64,000 nucleotides of DNA. It comes from Patescibacteria group bacterium (lineage in GTDB: Bacteria; Patescibacteriota; Minisyncoccia; Minisyncoccales; PWPS01). Position numbers and translations under genes: made by a program. Below the pieces are notes generated by a model. It saw only the letters and a program-made list of their open reading frames with translations. It did no database searches and was not told the origin of the DNA. Below are positions 33,336-42,679 of the stretch, in pieces (the stretch's first letter is position 1; every line of letters begins with the position of its first letter). The DNA is taken from contig JBNJDU010000001.1 in assembly GCA_051745165.1 (NCBI GenBank), positions 2,378-66,377 of the forward strand. Direction: 5' to 3'.

Positions 33336-34986
33336 AAAATATTTTAATTACTATAAAAAAAAGATAGGGAGGTATTTCAATAAAAATACCAAATCACGAC
33401 TTATTGTCGCTGGATTGATGATCGCAGCCATTTCCCTTTTATCTTTTGGTGTTTACTACTTAACTAAAGAAGGTTTGTTGTCTACTCAAGAAGGAAACGA
33501 CCCTTTTATAATTAAAGCAGTTCCCCTTTATATATATCAATTATTTTTCCTAATAACTGGTTTTTTAATTTTTGTTAGTAGTTCTATATTCGGGCTTTTT
33601 AATTTTTTTAAAGGTGATAGAGATAGTTGGATAATGGCTTCTCCTAACTTTGAAAGTTTGTCGTGGATTAAATTTTTTCGAGCAGTTCTTGATTCATCAT
33701 GGCCGATAATTATTTTAGCTTTACCACTACTTTTAGCAGTTCAAAGTGTATTTAAACTGTCCGGAGTTTTATTTACAATTTCTTTGTTAAGTGTATTATT
33801 TTTCTCCTTATTTGCTAGTAGTTTTGCAATAATAATAATTTTTGCAATCTCCTTGCTTTTTAAAAAAATAAAAATTAAAAGCTTTAAGGCTTTAGCTGTA
33901 ACTGTAGGTATGTTCTGTTTAGTAGTTGGAGTCACAATTTGGAATAGAGTGGTAAGTGTTAATGTTGAGAAGCTTTTTCAAGTAGAGGAAGCTGTCAACC
34001 CCAGTTTAATTTATTTAGTAAATAATTTCTCAATATTTCCTTCCTCTCTCCCTGCAATGACAGTTTATTATAGTCAAGTTGGCAATCTATCAGAAGCTTT
34101 AAAACAAGCAACATTAATTACTAGCTTTTTCCTGCTTGTTTTTACTTTATTTAGCTTGATAAAAAAGAAGTTTCTTTATGTTTGGCAGTTATTTCAAGAA
34201 GGATCTTTTGAGGCAAAGACCAGTAAAAAGAAAGTAAACGGTCCTAAAATAATTTCTTCTAGATTTCCAAAATCAAAACAAGATACTATTTTTAAAAAAG
34301 AATTATTAACTAGCATAAGATCACCTCAAAACTTTTTTTGGTTCGCATTTTTAATGATTCTTATGTTCTCTCAAGTAGGGGTGATTAATTTATTAGAAAA
34401 ATATGTTGGAATAGGGGCGAGCCAACACGCGGCTGTTGCAGGGCTTACTCCAAGCTTGCAAGTGGGAGTTATTTTGTTCTTTACTAGTGCTCTTATACTT
34501 CGATTTGTATTTCCCTCTTTAAGTCAAGAAGGTGATACTGCTTGGATTTTAGGATCTGCTCCTATAGATTTTAAAGAGATATTTACTACAAAATATAAGT
34601 TTTATGGTTCTTTACTAACATTAATTGGGCTTTTAGGGCTTTTAATTTATATAGTTCCTTTATCTGTTAGTTTTGAGGTGGCTCTAATATCAGCAATTAT
34701 TTTAATACCTGGAATTTTAACATTAACAATGCTGGGATTATCTTTCGGAACTTTATTTGTAAACTTTGAAACCAATGATCCTCAAAAGTTAAGCACTTCA
34801 GGTCCAGGGATAGGATTTATTTTAGCCTCTCTTTTTTACGGTGGGCTAGGTTCTTATTTATTGTACGAAATTTTTTCTAAAGAAAGCTATTTATTAGTTA
34901 TAATATTTTTATTGTTTTCTTTTGCGGTTTATAAAATTATGAAATCTTTAGCAATTAAATCGTTAGAAGATTTAGAATTCCTTTAA
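33328..34986 (+). CDS. putative ABC transporter permease (large polytopic membrane protein)
   Basis: 552 aa with more than 10 TM helices, overlapping the ATPase gene. Confidence 0.55.
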   Translation: MIKKYFNYYKKKIGRYFNKNTKSRLIVAGLMIAAISLLSFGVYYLTKEGLLSTQEGNDPFIIKAVPLYIYQLFFLITGFLIFVSSSIFGLFNFFKGDRDSWIMASPNFESLSWIKFFRAVLDSSWPIIILALPLLLAVQSVFKLSGVLFTISLLSVLFFSLFASSFAIIIIFAISLLFKKIKIKSFKALAVTVGMFCLVVGVTIWNRVVSVNVEKLFQVEEAVNPSLIYLVNNFSIFPSSLPAMTVYYSQVGNLSEALKQATLITSFFLLVFTLFSLIKKKFLYVWQLFQEGSFEAKTSKKKVNGPKIISSRFPKSKQDTIFKKELLTSIRSPQNFFWFAFLMILMFSQVGVINLLEKYVGIGASQHAAVAGLTPSLQVGVILFFTSALILRFVFPSLSQEGDTAWILGSAPIDFKEIFTTKYKFYGSLLTLIGLLGLLIYIVPLSVSFEVALISAIILIPGILTLTMLGLSFGTLFVNFETNDPQKLSTSGPGIGFILASLFYGGLGSYLLYEIFSKESYLLVIIFLLFSFAVYKIMKSLAIKSLEDLEFL

Positions 34987-34995
34987 AAAAGAACT

Positions 34996-35022
34996 TTATC
35001 ACTCTTGACATTCGACTGCTAA
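34996..35022. promoter_or_regulatory. CIRCE operator (HrcA binding site)
   Basis: TTAtCACTC-N9-GAcTGCTAA against the consensus TTAGCACTC-N9-GAGTGCTAA, with one mismatch per arm. It overlaps the -35 element. Confidence 0.75.
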
Positions 35023-35033
35023 TTTTTTATTAT
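35005..35033 (+). promoter_or_regulatory. hrcA operon promoter TTGACA-17-TATTAT
   Basis: The -35 element sits in the CIRCE spacer. Confidence 0.6.
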
Positions 35034-35055
35034 TAGGACTAGAAAAGGTCCTAAT
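35032..35055. promoter_or_regulatory. second inverted repeat ATTAGGAC-N8-GTCCTAAT with CIRCE-like half-sites
   Basis: 8-bp perfect arms. The left 9-mer TTAGGACTA matches the CIRCE half-site at 7 of 9 positions. It overlaps the -10 and TSS region. Confidence 0.45.
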
Positions 35056-35066
35056 ATTTTTTTAAT

Positions 35067-35816
35067 ATGGATTTAACAAATAGACAACGGAGAATTTTAG
35101 AGATTGTAGTTAAGGATTATATAGACATTGTAGAACCGATTAGTTCTCACTATATAGAAACTAATTATGATTTAGGAGTTTCTCCAGCAACAATAAGAAA
35201 TGATCTTAAGGCATTAGTGGAAAAGGGGTATTTATTACAACCTCACACCTCTGCTGGGCGAATTCCTGCAGATAAGGGGTATAGATACTTTGTAAACAAA
35301 TTGCTACGTAGAAAACGAGAACTGAAACGAAATAGAAACTTAGAAGAGCGGGTTAGAATGATGGAAGAAAGAGTTCAGAATGAAGTTAATTTCTTAAGAG
35401 AGTTAACAGGATTTTTAGCAGGATTATCTAGTTCTTTAACGTATTCTTATTTAAAAGACAAAAACTTACTTTGGAAAGAAGGTTTTGAAGAAACATTACA
35501 CGATCCTGAATTTAAAGAAGTTGAAAAAATTTATTCTTTTTTAAATTTTGCAAAAGAATTTGAACAAAAATTTGAACAAAAATTTTCAAGAGATCTGGAT
35601 AGGGGAGAAGTAAGAATATATATAGGAGAGGAAAGTCCGTTTAAAAACAAAGATTTTTCAATTTTAGTTTCTAAATGCTCTTTTTCCAATAATGAAGAAG
35701 GAATAGTTGCCTTATTAGGACCAAAAAGAATGGCTTACGATAAAAATATATCTTTAATTAATTCGTTGGTAAAACTATTAGAAAACGGTTATGACAAAAA
35801 AAGAGACGACAAATAA
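35067..35816 (+). CDS. hrcA: heat-inducible transcription repressor HrcA (short form)
   Basis: LTNRQRRILEIVVKDYI...PISS, VSPATIRNDLKALVEKGYL, HTSAGRIP..KGYRYFV. Confidence 0.8.
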   Translation: MDLTNRQRRILEIVVKDYIDIVEPISSHYIETNYDLGVSPATIRNDLKALVEKGYLLQPHTSAGRIPADKGYRYFVNKLLRRKRELKRNRNLEERVRMMEERVQNEVNFLRELTGFLAGLSSSLTYSYLKDKNLLWKEGFEETLHDPEFKEVEKIYSFLNFAKEFEQKFEQKFSRDLDRGEVRIYIGEESPFKNKDFSILVSKCSFSNNEEGIVALLGPKRMAYDKNISLINSLVKLLENGYDKKRDDK

Positions 35817-36309
35817 AGGGGAAAATAAGGAGAAGAATGATCAAAATCAAAAGGAAGATAAGAATGAATTAGAAAAATTAAAAGCTGAAAAAGAAGAGTA
35901 TTTAAATGGATGGAAGAGAGCTAGGGCGGATTTTTCAAATTACAAAAAAAATGAAAAGGCTAGAATTGAAAAAGCTAGAAAACAAGAGAAGAAAAAACTT
36001 ATTTTAGAAGTTTTAGAGGTTTTGGATAATTTTTATCTAGCAGAGGATAATATTGATAAAGACAAAGTAGATGAAAATTATTTATCAGGGTTTTCAAGTA
36101 TAAAGAAACAGTTAGAAAATTTATTAAATTCATATGGCGTTGAAGAAATCTCTGCAGTAGGTGAGGATTTTGATCCTAATTTACATGAAGCAGTTGCCAT
36201 GGTAGAGATAGAGGACGCCAATCAAGAAGAAATAATTGAAGTAGTGCGCAAAGGTTACCTTATGGATGGAGAGCTTCTCCGTCCAGCAAGAGTAAAAGTT
36301 GCTAAATAA
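35791..36309 (+). CDS. grpE: nucleotide exchange factor GrpE
   Basis: WKRARADFSNYKK, LEVLDNF, FDPNLHEAV and RPARVKV. Confidence 0.85.
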   Translation: MTKKETTNKGENKEKNDQNQKEDKNELEKLKAEKEEYLNGWKRARADFSNYKKNEKARIEKARKQEKKKLILEVLEVLDNFYLAEDNIDKDKVDENYLSGFSSIKKQLENLLNSYGVEEISAVGEDFDPNLHEAVAMVEIEDANQEEIIEVVRKGYLMDGELLRPARVKVAK

Positions 36310-36366
36310 TTAAAATTAACTGATGATGACAAACGACGAAAAGTCCTAAGTCATCAATCAAAAACT

Positions 36367-38274
36367 ATGGGTAAAATTTTAGGAATTGATCTCGGTACAA
36401 CATTTTCTGCAATGGCTGTTGTGGAAGGTGGAGATCCAAAAATATTAGAAAATCAAGAAGGAGATAGAACAACACCGTCTGTAGTTGCAATGAGTAAAAA
36501 AGGTGAGAGACTTGTTGGTTCTATTGCTAGAAGACAACAAGTGACCAATCCGGAAAATACTATTTTTGCTGCTAAAAGACTTATTGGAAGACATTATGAT
36601 AGTAAAGAAGTTAAAGAAAGCAAAAAAAATCTTCCTTATGAAATAAGAAAAGAAAAAGATGGTGAAGGTGTAGAAATTAAATTTAACGATGAGTGGAAAA
36701 AAGTTCCCGAAATTTCTGCAATGGTGCTTCAGAAACTTAAAAAAGACGCTGAGGAAAAATTAGGAGAAGAGGTTACCGAAGCAATAATTACTGTTCCAGC
36801 TTATTTTGATGACTCACAAAGAAAAGCTACTAAGGTTGCCGGAGAAATTGCCGGATTTGATGTTAAAAGAGTTATTAATGAACCAACTGCAGCTGCTCTG
36901 GCTTACGGATTAAATCAAAAACAGGATAAAAATATACTAGTTTATGACTTCGGTGGTGGTACTTTTGACGTTTCCGTTCTTGAAGTAGGAGATGATACTA
37001 TTGAAGTTCAAGCCAGTGGAGGAGATAGTCACTTAGGTGGAGAAGACTTTGATAATGCAATTCTAAATTGGATGGTCAAGAAGTTTAAAAATGAAAATGG
37101 AATTGATCTCTCAAAAGACAAACTTGCACTCCAAAGATTAAAAGAAGCGGCTGAAAAAGCTAAAATTGAACTTTCTTCAACTAAAAAAGCAGAGATTAAT
37201 ATTCCTTTCGTAACTTCTGATGATGAAGGACCGAAACATTTAAATTACTCACTTTCCAGATCAGAATTTGAAAATTTGGTAGACGATTTCATTGATAGAT
37301 CAATTAAAATGACAAAGAAAACCCTTAAAGAGTCTGGAATTAGCGCTGGTGATATCGATGAAATTGTTCTAGTTGGAGGTCAAACTAGAACACCTCTTAT
37401 TCAAGAGAGAATTAAAGAAGTTTTTGGAAAAGAGCCAAACAAAGAAATTAATCCTGATGAAGTTGTTGCTGTTGGAGCTGCAGTTCAAGGCGGTATCATG
37501 GGAGGAGACGTTAAAGACGTACTTCTATTAGATGTAACACCACTCTCTTTAGGAATTGAAACCTTAGGTGGTAAATTCACTAAATTAATTGAAAAAAACA
37601 CCACTATTCCAGCTTCAGAAACAGAGACATTTTCAACTGCTGCAAATAATCAGACTTCTGTTCAAATTAACGTACTTCAAGGTGAGCGACCAATGGCAAA
37701 AGATAATAAATCTTTAGGCCAGTTTATTCTTGACGGTATTCCACCAGCTCCTAGAGGTGTTCCTCAAATTGAAGTTAAATTTGATATCGATGCAAATGGA
37801 ATTTTGAATGTATCTGCAAAAGATAAAGGAACCGGTAAAGAACAATCAATTAGAATTGAAGGTTCTTGCGGAATCTCAGATGAAGAAGTGGAAAAAATGA
37901 AAAAAGAAGCCGAAGAACATGCTGAAGAAGATAAAAAGAAAGAAAAATTACTTGATGCAAAAACAGAGGCGGAGTCTTTAATCTACAGTTTTGAAAAAAC
38001 TAAAAAAGATATGGGAGACAACTTCCCTGAAGAAGAAATTAAGGATATAGAAAAAGAATTAAAAGAACTTGAAGAGCTAAAGGAAACTGATGATGTAGAA
38101 AAGGCAGAAGAAATTAAAGAGAAAACGGAAGAGCTTTCCGAAAAAGTTCAACAAATAGGAGCAAAAATGTATGAGCAACAACAAAAGGCTCAAGCAGAAG
38201 CTCAGCCAAATGAGGACGAAGATGTTGAAGAGGCAGAAGTTGAAGAGGAAGATAACGAAGACGAAGAAAAATAA
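36367..38274 (+). CDS. dnaK: molecular chaperone DnaK (Hsp70)
   Basis: [29 protein letters not shown] and [15 protein letters not shown]. Confidence 0.97.
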   Translation: MGKILGIDLGTTFSAMAVVEGGDPKILENQEGDRTTPSVVAMSKKGERLVGSIARRQQVTNPENTIFAAKRLIGRHYDSKEVKESKKNLPYEIRKEKDGEGVEIKFNDEWKKVPEISAMVLQKLKKDAEEKLGEEVTEAIITVPAYFDDSQRKATKVAGEIAGFDVKRVINEPTAAALAYGLNQKQDKNILVYDFGGGTFDVSVLEVGDDTIEVQASGGDSHLGGEDFDNAILNWMVKKFKNENGIDLSKDKLALQRLKEAAEKAKIELSSTKKAEINIPFVTSDDEGPKHLNYSLSRSEFENLVDDFIDRSIKMTKKTLKESGISAGDIDEIVLVGGQTRTPLIQERIKEVFGKEPNKEINPDEVVAVGAAVQGGIMGGDVKDVLLLDVTPLSLGIETLGGKFTKLIEKNTTIPASETETFSTAANNQTSVQINVLQGERPMAKDNKSLGQFILDGIPPAPRGVPQIEVKFDIDANGILNVSAKDKGTGKEQSIRIEGSCGISDEEVEKMKKEAEEHAEEDKKKEKLLDAKTEAESLIYSFEKTKKDMGDNFPEEEIKDIEKELKELEELKETDDVEKAEEIKEKTEELSEKVQQIGAKMYEQQQKAQAEAQPNEDEDVEEAEVEEEDNEDEEK

Positions 38275-38283
38275 ATTCAGACT

Positions 38284-38318
38284 AAAAAGCGACCTAGCTT
38301 TTACTAGGTCGCTTTTTT
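38284..38318 (+). terminator. hairpin/terminator between dnaK and dnaJ
   Basis: GCGACCTAG-ctttta-CTAGGTCGC followed by T6. Confidence 0.65.
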
Positions 38319-38331
38319 AACTATAAAAGAA

Positions 38332-39420
38332 ATGAGTGAAGATTATTACGACATATTAGGAGTATCTAAAGACGCCAGCCAAGAAGAAATTAAAAAAGCT
38401 TATCGTAAAAAAGCTCACAAACATCACCCCGATAAAGGAGGTGACGAGGAGAAGTTTAAAAAAATAAACGAAGCTTATCAGGTTCTTTCAGATGAGAAGA
38501 AAAGAAAGCAATATGATCAATTCGGAAAACAAGGAGCAAAAGGAAGAGCTGGATTTAATGGCGGTGGTTTTCAGGGTAACTTTCAGGGAGCAAACTTTAA
38601 CGCAGAAGACTTAGGTGATATATTTGGCGAGTTTTTCGGCGGTGGTTTTGGTGGTTCTTCTCAAAGAAGTAGAAGGCCAAAAGGTAAAGATATAAAGATC
38701 AACATATCTATTACCCTTAATGAAGCCTACACAGGCGTAGAAAAGAAAAAATCATTGAGAAAGAAGAATACATGCTCTAAGTGTGACGGTTCGGGAGCAA
38801 AGCCAGGAACAAAAATGAAAACGTGTCCTGAGTGTAATGGAAAGGGTAAGATAAAAACTGAAAAACGCACTATATTTGGCAACATGGCTCAAGTCACTAC
38901 CTGTCCGAAATGTAAAGGAACCGGAGAAGTGCCAAAAGAAAAATGCGATAATTGTGATGGGAAAGGATGGGAGGAAAGTATTAAAAAAGTAAAGATAAAT
39001 ATCCCTGCTGGGATCAAATCGGGACAAACTTTAAAAGTGTCTGGAGAAGGGCATGCTGGTGGCAAAGGTGTTGTTCCTGGTAACTTATTAGTTGATATCA
39101 AAGTTGAAAATCATGATCTTTTTGATAGAGAAGGAAATGATTTATATTACGAAGCTGACATACCATTTAGTTTAGCTGCTTTAGGCGGTAAGGCAGAAAT
39201 ACCAACATTTAAAGAAGATGGCACAATTAAAAAAGTAAAGGTGAAAATACCTAAAGGTTCAGATTCAGGTAAAACCATTAGACTTTCTGGTAAAGGAATG
39301 CCTAGGTTACAAGGTTACAAACAAGGTAATTTATATGTTAATTTGAATGTTCGTGTTCCAGAAAAAGTGACTAAAAAACAAAAGGAAGTGTTGGAAGAAT
39401 TAAAGAAGGAAGGTCTTTAA
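38332..39420 (+). CDS. dnaJ: molecular chaperone DnaJ
   Basis: J-domain YYDILGV...HHPDK, a Gly/Phe region, and four CxxCxGxG zinc motifs. Confidence 0.95.
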   Translation: MSEDYYDILGVSKDASQEEIKKAYRKKAHKHHPDKGGDEEKFKKINEAYQVLSDEKKRKQYDQFGKQGAKGRAGFNGGGFQGNFQGANFNAEDLGDIFGEFFGGGFGGSSQRSRRPKGKDIKINISITLNEAYTGVEKKKSLRKKNTCSKCDGSGAKPGTKMKTCPECNGKGKIKTEKRTIFGNMAQVTTCPKCKGTGEVPKEKCDNCDGKGWEESIKKVKINIPAGIKSGQTLKVSGEGHAGGKGVVPGNLLVDIKVENHDLFDREGNDLYYEADIPFSLAALGGKAEIPTFKEDGTIKKVKVKIPKGSDSGKTIRLSGKGMPRLQGYKQGNLYVNLNVRVPEKVTKKQKEVLEELKKEGL

Positions 39421-39421
39421 T

Positions 39422-39449
39422 TTGACAAAAATAACTGTAGTGTTATAAT
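39422..39449 (+). promoter_or_regulatory. near-consensus promoter TTGACA-16-TGtTATAAT
   Basis: Read directly, starting 2 nt after the dnaJ stop. Confidence 0.5.
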
Positions 39450-39480
39450 TTAGCTACCTTATTTTAAAGACCTTTTTATT

Positions 39481-39510
39481 GGGGAGCCAACTAGGCTCTC
39501 TAATTTTTTT
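39481..39510 (+). terminator. intrinsic terminator
   Basis: GGGGAGCC-aacta-GGCTCTCT (two G-U pairs), then aa and T7. Confidence 0.55.
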
Positions 39511-39515
39511 AAAGT

Positions 39516-39544
39516 TTGACTTTTTTATTAAAAAAATATATAGT
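39516..39544 (+). promoter_or_regulatory. tRNA promoter TTGACT-17-TATAGT
   Basis: Read directly. The -10 element ends 13 nt before the tRNA 5' end. Confidence 0.5.
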
Positions 39545-39557
39545 TGGAAGTGCATTT

Positions 39558-39630
39558 GCGTCCGTAGCTCAGTCGGTAGAGCAGCTCCCTTTTAAGGAGA
39601 AGGTCGAGGGTTCGAATCCTTCCGGACGCA
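39558..39630 (+). tRNA. tRNA-Lys (anticodon UUU)
   Basis: Hand-folded cloverleaf. Acceptor stem GCGTCCG/CGGACGC, D arm GCTC/GAGC, anticodon loop CTTTTAA, T arm GAGGG-TTCGAAT-CCTTC. One G27-A43 mismatch. No CCA is encoded. Confidence 0.85.
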
Positions 39631-39640
39631 CAAACAACTT

Positions 39641-39664
39641 CCCTCCTTATCAAAAAAAGGAGGG
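39641..39664 (+). promoter_or_regulatory. anti-SD/SD hairpin CCCTCCTT-N8-AAGGAGGG
   Basis: 8-bp perfect stem. Its 3' arm is the SD of the 39673 gene. It lies 10 nt after the tRNA. Confidence 0.55.
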
Positions 39665-39672
39665 TTTATAAT

Positions 39673-40305
39673 ATGAATAAAAAACTAAAAAAGATAATTG
39701 AAACCTGCGATCCAGAATCAATTTTTCTCTATGGTTCACGAGCTAGGGGAGACTCACTACCTTCAAGTGATACAGAAATAGGTGTTTTAACTAACAAAGA
39801 CCACCCCCGTTTTGATTCTGTTTTCTTTTTTAGTTATAAAGATTTTAAAAATAGTCAAATTGACACTCCTTTTCCTACTGATATTTATTTAAGAGAATTA
39901 TCTTTATCTGCAAAAACATTATATGGAGAAGAAGTTGTCGAAAATTTTACACCTCCTCCAGTAACTACTATCTCTCTACTTGAAAGAATAAACTTTGATT
40001 GTGCTACTGCTTTATACGGTGCTAAGTTAAAAAATAAAGAGCTTTTTTATAAATCCGTTCTTTTTGGTGTTCGTAATTTAATTATCCTTAAAAATAAAGA
40101 TTTTCCTTTAACATATGAAGATATTTATAAAGAAGCAGAAAATTTAGATTTAAAAGAATTTGATTCACTACCTAAAATTGCCTTTGCAACTCGAATAAAA
40201 AATAAAAAAATATCTAAAAAACAGTTTAGAAAAGCAATTACTTTTACTAACTACCTAATTAGAAAGGAGATTAAGAAACAAGATAAAAAAGTAATACTTA
40301 AATGA
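39673..40305 (+). CDS. nucleotidyltransferase-domain (Pol-beta/MNT-like) protein
   Basis: The NTase signature LYGSRARGDSLPSSDTEIGVL fits GSxxxG...SDxD/E. Confidence 0.6.
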   Translation: MNKKLKKIIETCDPESIFLYGSRARGDSLPSSDTEIGVLTNKDHPRFDSVFFFSYKDFKNSQIDTPFPTDIYLRELSLSAKTLYGEEVVENFTPPPVTTISLLERINFDCATALYGAKLKNKELFYKSVLFGVRNLIILKNKDFPLTYEDIYKEAENLDLKEFDSLPKIAFATRIKNKKISKKQFRKAITFTNYLIRKEIKKQDKKVILK

Positions 40306-41543
40306 AATACGCCATAAAAACATACGGCTGCAAGTTAAATCAGTCAGAAACGGATAATTTAGATAAAGTTCTAAGTAAAAATTTTGAAAAAACAACTCCT
40401 TCGGAAGCGGATTTAGTTGTTTTTAATAGTTGTGGAGTGATAGATAAAACAGAGAGGAGAGTTTTAAAAGATGTCAAGGAATTAAAGAAGAGTGGAAAAA
40501 CGGTAATTATTACCGGTTGCCTTCCATCAATGACAAAAAAGGCAAAAAAAGTAGCTGATTTAACAGTAGAAGGGAATAATCCGGATTTATTTCAAAATAA
40601 GCTTTCTCAAATATATTCAATAGATAAAATAAATAAAAACAACCTCCCAACTATCCAAAGGAAGGGGAGCTCTTCTATCATTATCCCTATTTCAAGCGGT
40701 TGTTTGGGGAATTGTACTTATTGTAGTGCTAAAATTGCTCGTGGGGAACTTGAGAGCTATTCAATGGATGAAATAACTACAAGAGTAAGGAAGGCTTTAA
40801 AACAAGACATAAAAGAAGTTCAACTCACTTCTCAGGATCTTGGAATTTATGGAATGGATCAAGGGAAACCAATGTTGGTAGAATTAATAAGAAAACTGCT
40901 CAATATTGAAGAGGATTTTAAGATAAAATTAGGAATGATGAATCCTGGTTTTATAGATGTGTTTTTTAATGATTTTCTAGAGCTCTTTAAGAGTGATAAG
41001 TTATACAAGTTTTTACATCTTCCAGTTCAATCTGGGGATGATCAAATTTTAAAGCGCATGAACCGAAAACATACTACTGCAGATTTTATAAAACTAGTTA
41101 ACCTAATAAGAAGCAGATATAATAATTTTCTGATTTCAACTGATATTATAGTCGGGTTCCCAGGAGAGACAGAAGAAGAATTTAATAAAACAATAGAGCT
41201 GATAAAAGAAACTAGACCTCATATAATAAATATAACCCGTTACTCTGAAAGAGCTGGAACTAAGGCCGCAGAATTTCAAGATATGCCTAGTAAAATAAAA
41301 AAAGAAAGATCTAGAGAGCTGACTAAGCTAGCTAAAAAAATAAGAATTGAAGATAATGAAAAAATGGTTGGTAAAAATTTTGAGGCTTTAATTTTTAGAG
41401 AAGGTAAAGAAAATACTAAGTTAGCTCGCATTTTTAATGGAAAAGCGGTAGTATTAAATAAAGGAGAGGTAGGAAAAAAAGTAAATATAAAAATAATTGA
41501 TTTTAAACATAATTATTTAATTGGAGAAAATGTTCAATCCTGA
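40302..41543 (+). CDS. MiaB/MtaB-family radical-SAM tRNA methylthiotransferase
   Basis: KTYGCKLNQSETD and SCGV in the N-terminal MTTase domain, ISSGCLGNCTYCSA as the radical SAM cluster, and a TRAM-like C-terminus. Confidence 0.8.
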   Translation: MKYAIKTYGCKLNQSETDNLDKVLSKNFEKTTPSEADLVVFNSCGVIDKTERRVLKDVKELKKSGKTVIITGCLPSMTKKAKKVADLTVEGNNPDLFQNKLSQIYSIDKINKNNLPTIQRKGSSSIIIPISSGCLGNCTYCSAKIARGELESYSMDEITTRVRKALKQDIKEVQLTSQDLGIYGMDQGKPMLVELIRKLLNIEEDFKIKLGMMNPGFIDVFFNDFLELFKSDKLYKFLHLPVQSGDDQILKRMNRKHTTADFIKLVNLIRSRYNNFLISTDIIVGFPGETEEEFNKTIELIKETRPHIINITRYSERAGTKAAEFQDMPSKIKKERSRELTKLAKKIRIEDNEKMVGKNFEALIFREGKENTKLARIFNGKAVVLNKGEVGKKVNIKIIDFKHNYLIGENVQS

Positions 41544-42456
41544 AAAAAATTTTGAATTAAATAAGATGGACGCTGAACTTAGTGTTGAAAAAATAGTTTC
41601 TTCTGGTGGTGCTGATCATATTCCATTGGATCACTTTAAAAATCTAGAAGGATACTCAGAAGAAGAAATTGAGGAAGATAAAAAGACACTAAACTCAGCT
41701 GAAAAATATTTTGAAAAACAAAAAGAAAACTTACCTGAAAAAGAAAGAGAAAAACTAGAAAAGAGTCAAAAAAGAGGCGAAGCAATGGAAATAGTTTTAT
41801 CCGAAATGTTAGATAGGTGGTTTGAGACAGAAAATATTGAAGTAATAACACAAAGAACAACTAAATTTGACGATATAGTTAATGGAACTGATATAATTAT
41901 TGAATTTAAAACCCCTGATTCAGTTGAAAAAGTAGCACTTGCTATTGATGCTTCTTTAAATGTCACTGGAATGAAGGATAAATTAGAAAGATGTTACGAA
42001 AAAATGATTGGCGAGCGAGAGGATTTTGAAGTTAAATATTTTCAAGGTCAATTTACTGATAAAGATGGAGAATATCCTCATGGATCGCTTAAGAATGTTA
42101 TACCGATGGCAGTTGGTTTAGGATATAAAAATGCCAATAAGCTTTTTGATGATTTTGCTGATTATTTATCTACTAGAGAAAAAGATTTTAATAAAGGAAT
42201 GGATAAAATAAATAAACTAACAAATAATTCAATTAAAAAGATATTTCTTGAGCAAATTGAGAATCAATTGGATCTTTATATAGATCATAAAGATGAATTG
42301 AAGAGGGGTATGGTTGACAAAGTCGAAAAAATCAGTACAATAATTAAGGAAGTTTCAAAAAATATGAATTCAGTTGTTTGTGATTTAGGTCAAAAAGATG
42401 ATTGGATTTTGAAAGAAACTGAAAAATATTTACGCAACAAAAGGAGGGATGACTAA
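41530..42456 (+). CDS. hypothetical protein with a possible PD-(D/E)xK-like motif
   Basis: ATG 41530 is preferred to the track's TTG at 41521. KFDDIVNGTDIIIEFK is present. Assignment is weak. Confidence 0.45.
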   Translation: MFNPEKNFELNKMDAELSVEKIVSSGGADHIPLDHFKNLEGYSEEEIEEDKKTLNSAEKYFEKQKENLPEKEREKLEKSQKRGEAMEIVLSEMLDRWFETENIEVITQRTTKFDDIVNGTDIIIEFKTPDSVEKVALAIDASLNVTGMKDKLERCYEKMIGEREDFEVKYFQGQFTDKDGEYPHGSLKNVIPMAVGLGYKNANKLFDDFADYLSTREKDFNKGMDKINKLTNNSIKKIFLEQIENQLDLYIDHKDELKRGMVDKVEKISTIIKEVSKNMNSVVCDLGQKDDWILKETEKYLRNKRRDD

Positions 42457-42622
42457 TATTTTAAATGAGTGGAGACATATAAGCAAAGGAGACATGCGTC
42501 GAATAATAGATGGGAATGCTAGAAATTGGGAAATTAGATGGTTTAATTACCATCTTAGTGAAAGTGGTCATAACTGTGTTTTGTGTAAAAAAAGACTTAA
42601 AGAAATCAAAAAGCCCGAATAA
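42449..42622 (+). CDS. hypothetical small His/Cys protein (57 aa, or 42 aa from ATG 42494)
   Basis: Unlisted ORF ...NWEIRWFNYHLSESGHNCVLCKKRLKEIKKPE. The stop lies inside the terminator. The start is ambiguous. Confidence 0.35.
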   Translation: MTNILNEWRHISKGDMRRIIDGNARNWEIRWFNYHLSESGHNCVLCKKRLKEIKKPE

Positions 42623-42641
42623 ATTTCGGGTTCTTTTTTTT
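42612..42641 (+). terminator. intrinsic terminator
   Basis: CCCGAA-taaat-TTCGGG followed by a long T-run. Confidence 0.7.
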
Positions 42642-42679
42642 GAAAAGCTTCCATAAATATGCTATTCTAGTAGAAGTAT

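Noticed and set aside
35559-35582. A 12-nt tandem duplication tttgaacaaaaa x2 inside hrcA (EFEQKFEQKF)
   Set aside because: It is a short in-frame duplication in a poorly conserved linker with no functional implication. It is noted only as a slippage-prone sequence.
39673-40305. The nucleotidyltransferase as the MNT half of an MNT/HEPN toxin-antitoxin pair
   Set aside because: There is no adjacent small HEPN gene, and the C-terminal half has no Rx4-6H motif. The downstream gene is a tRNA methylthiotransferase.
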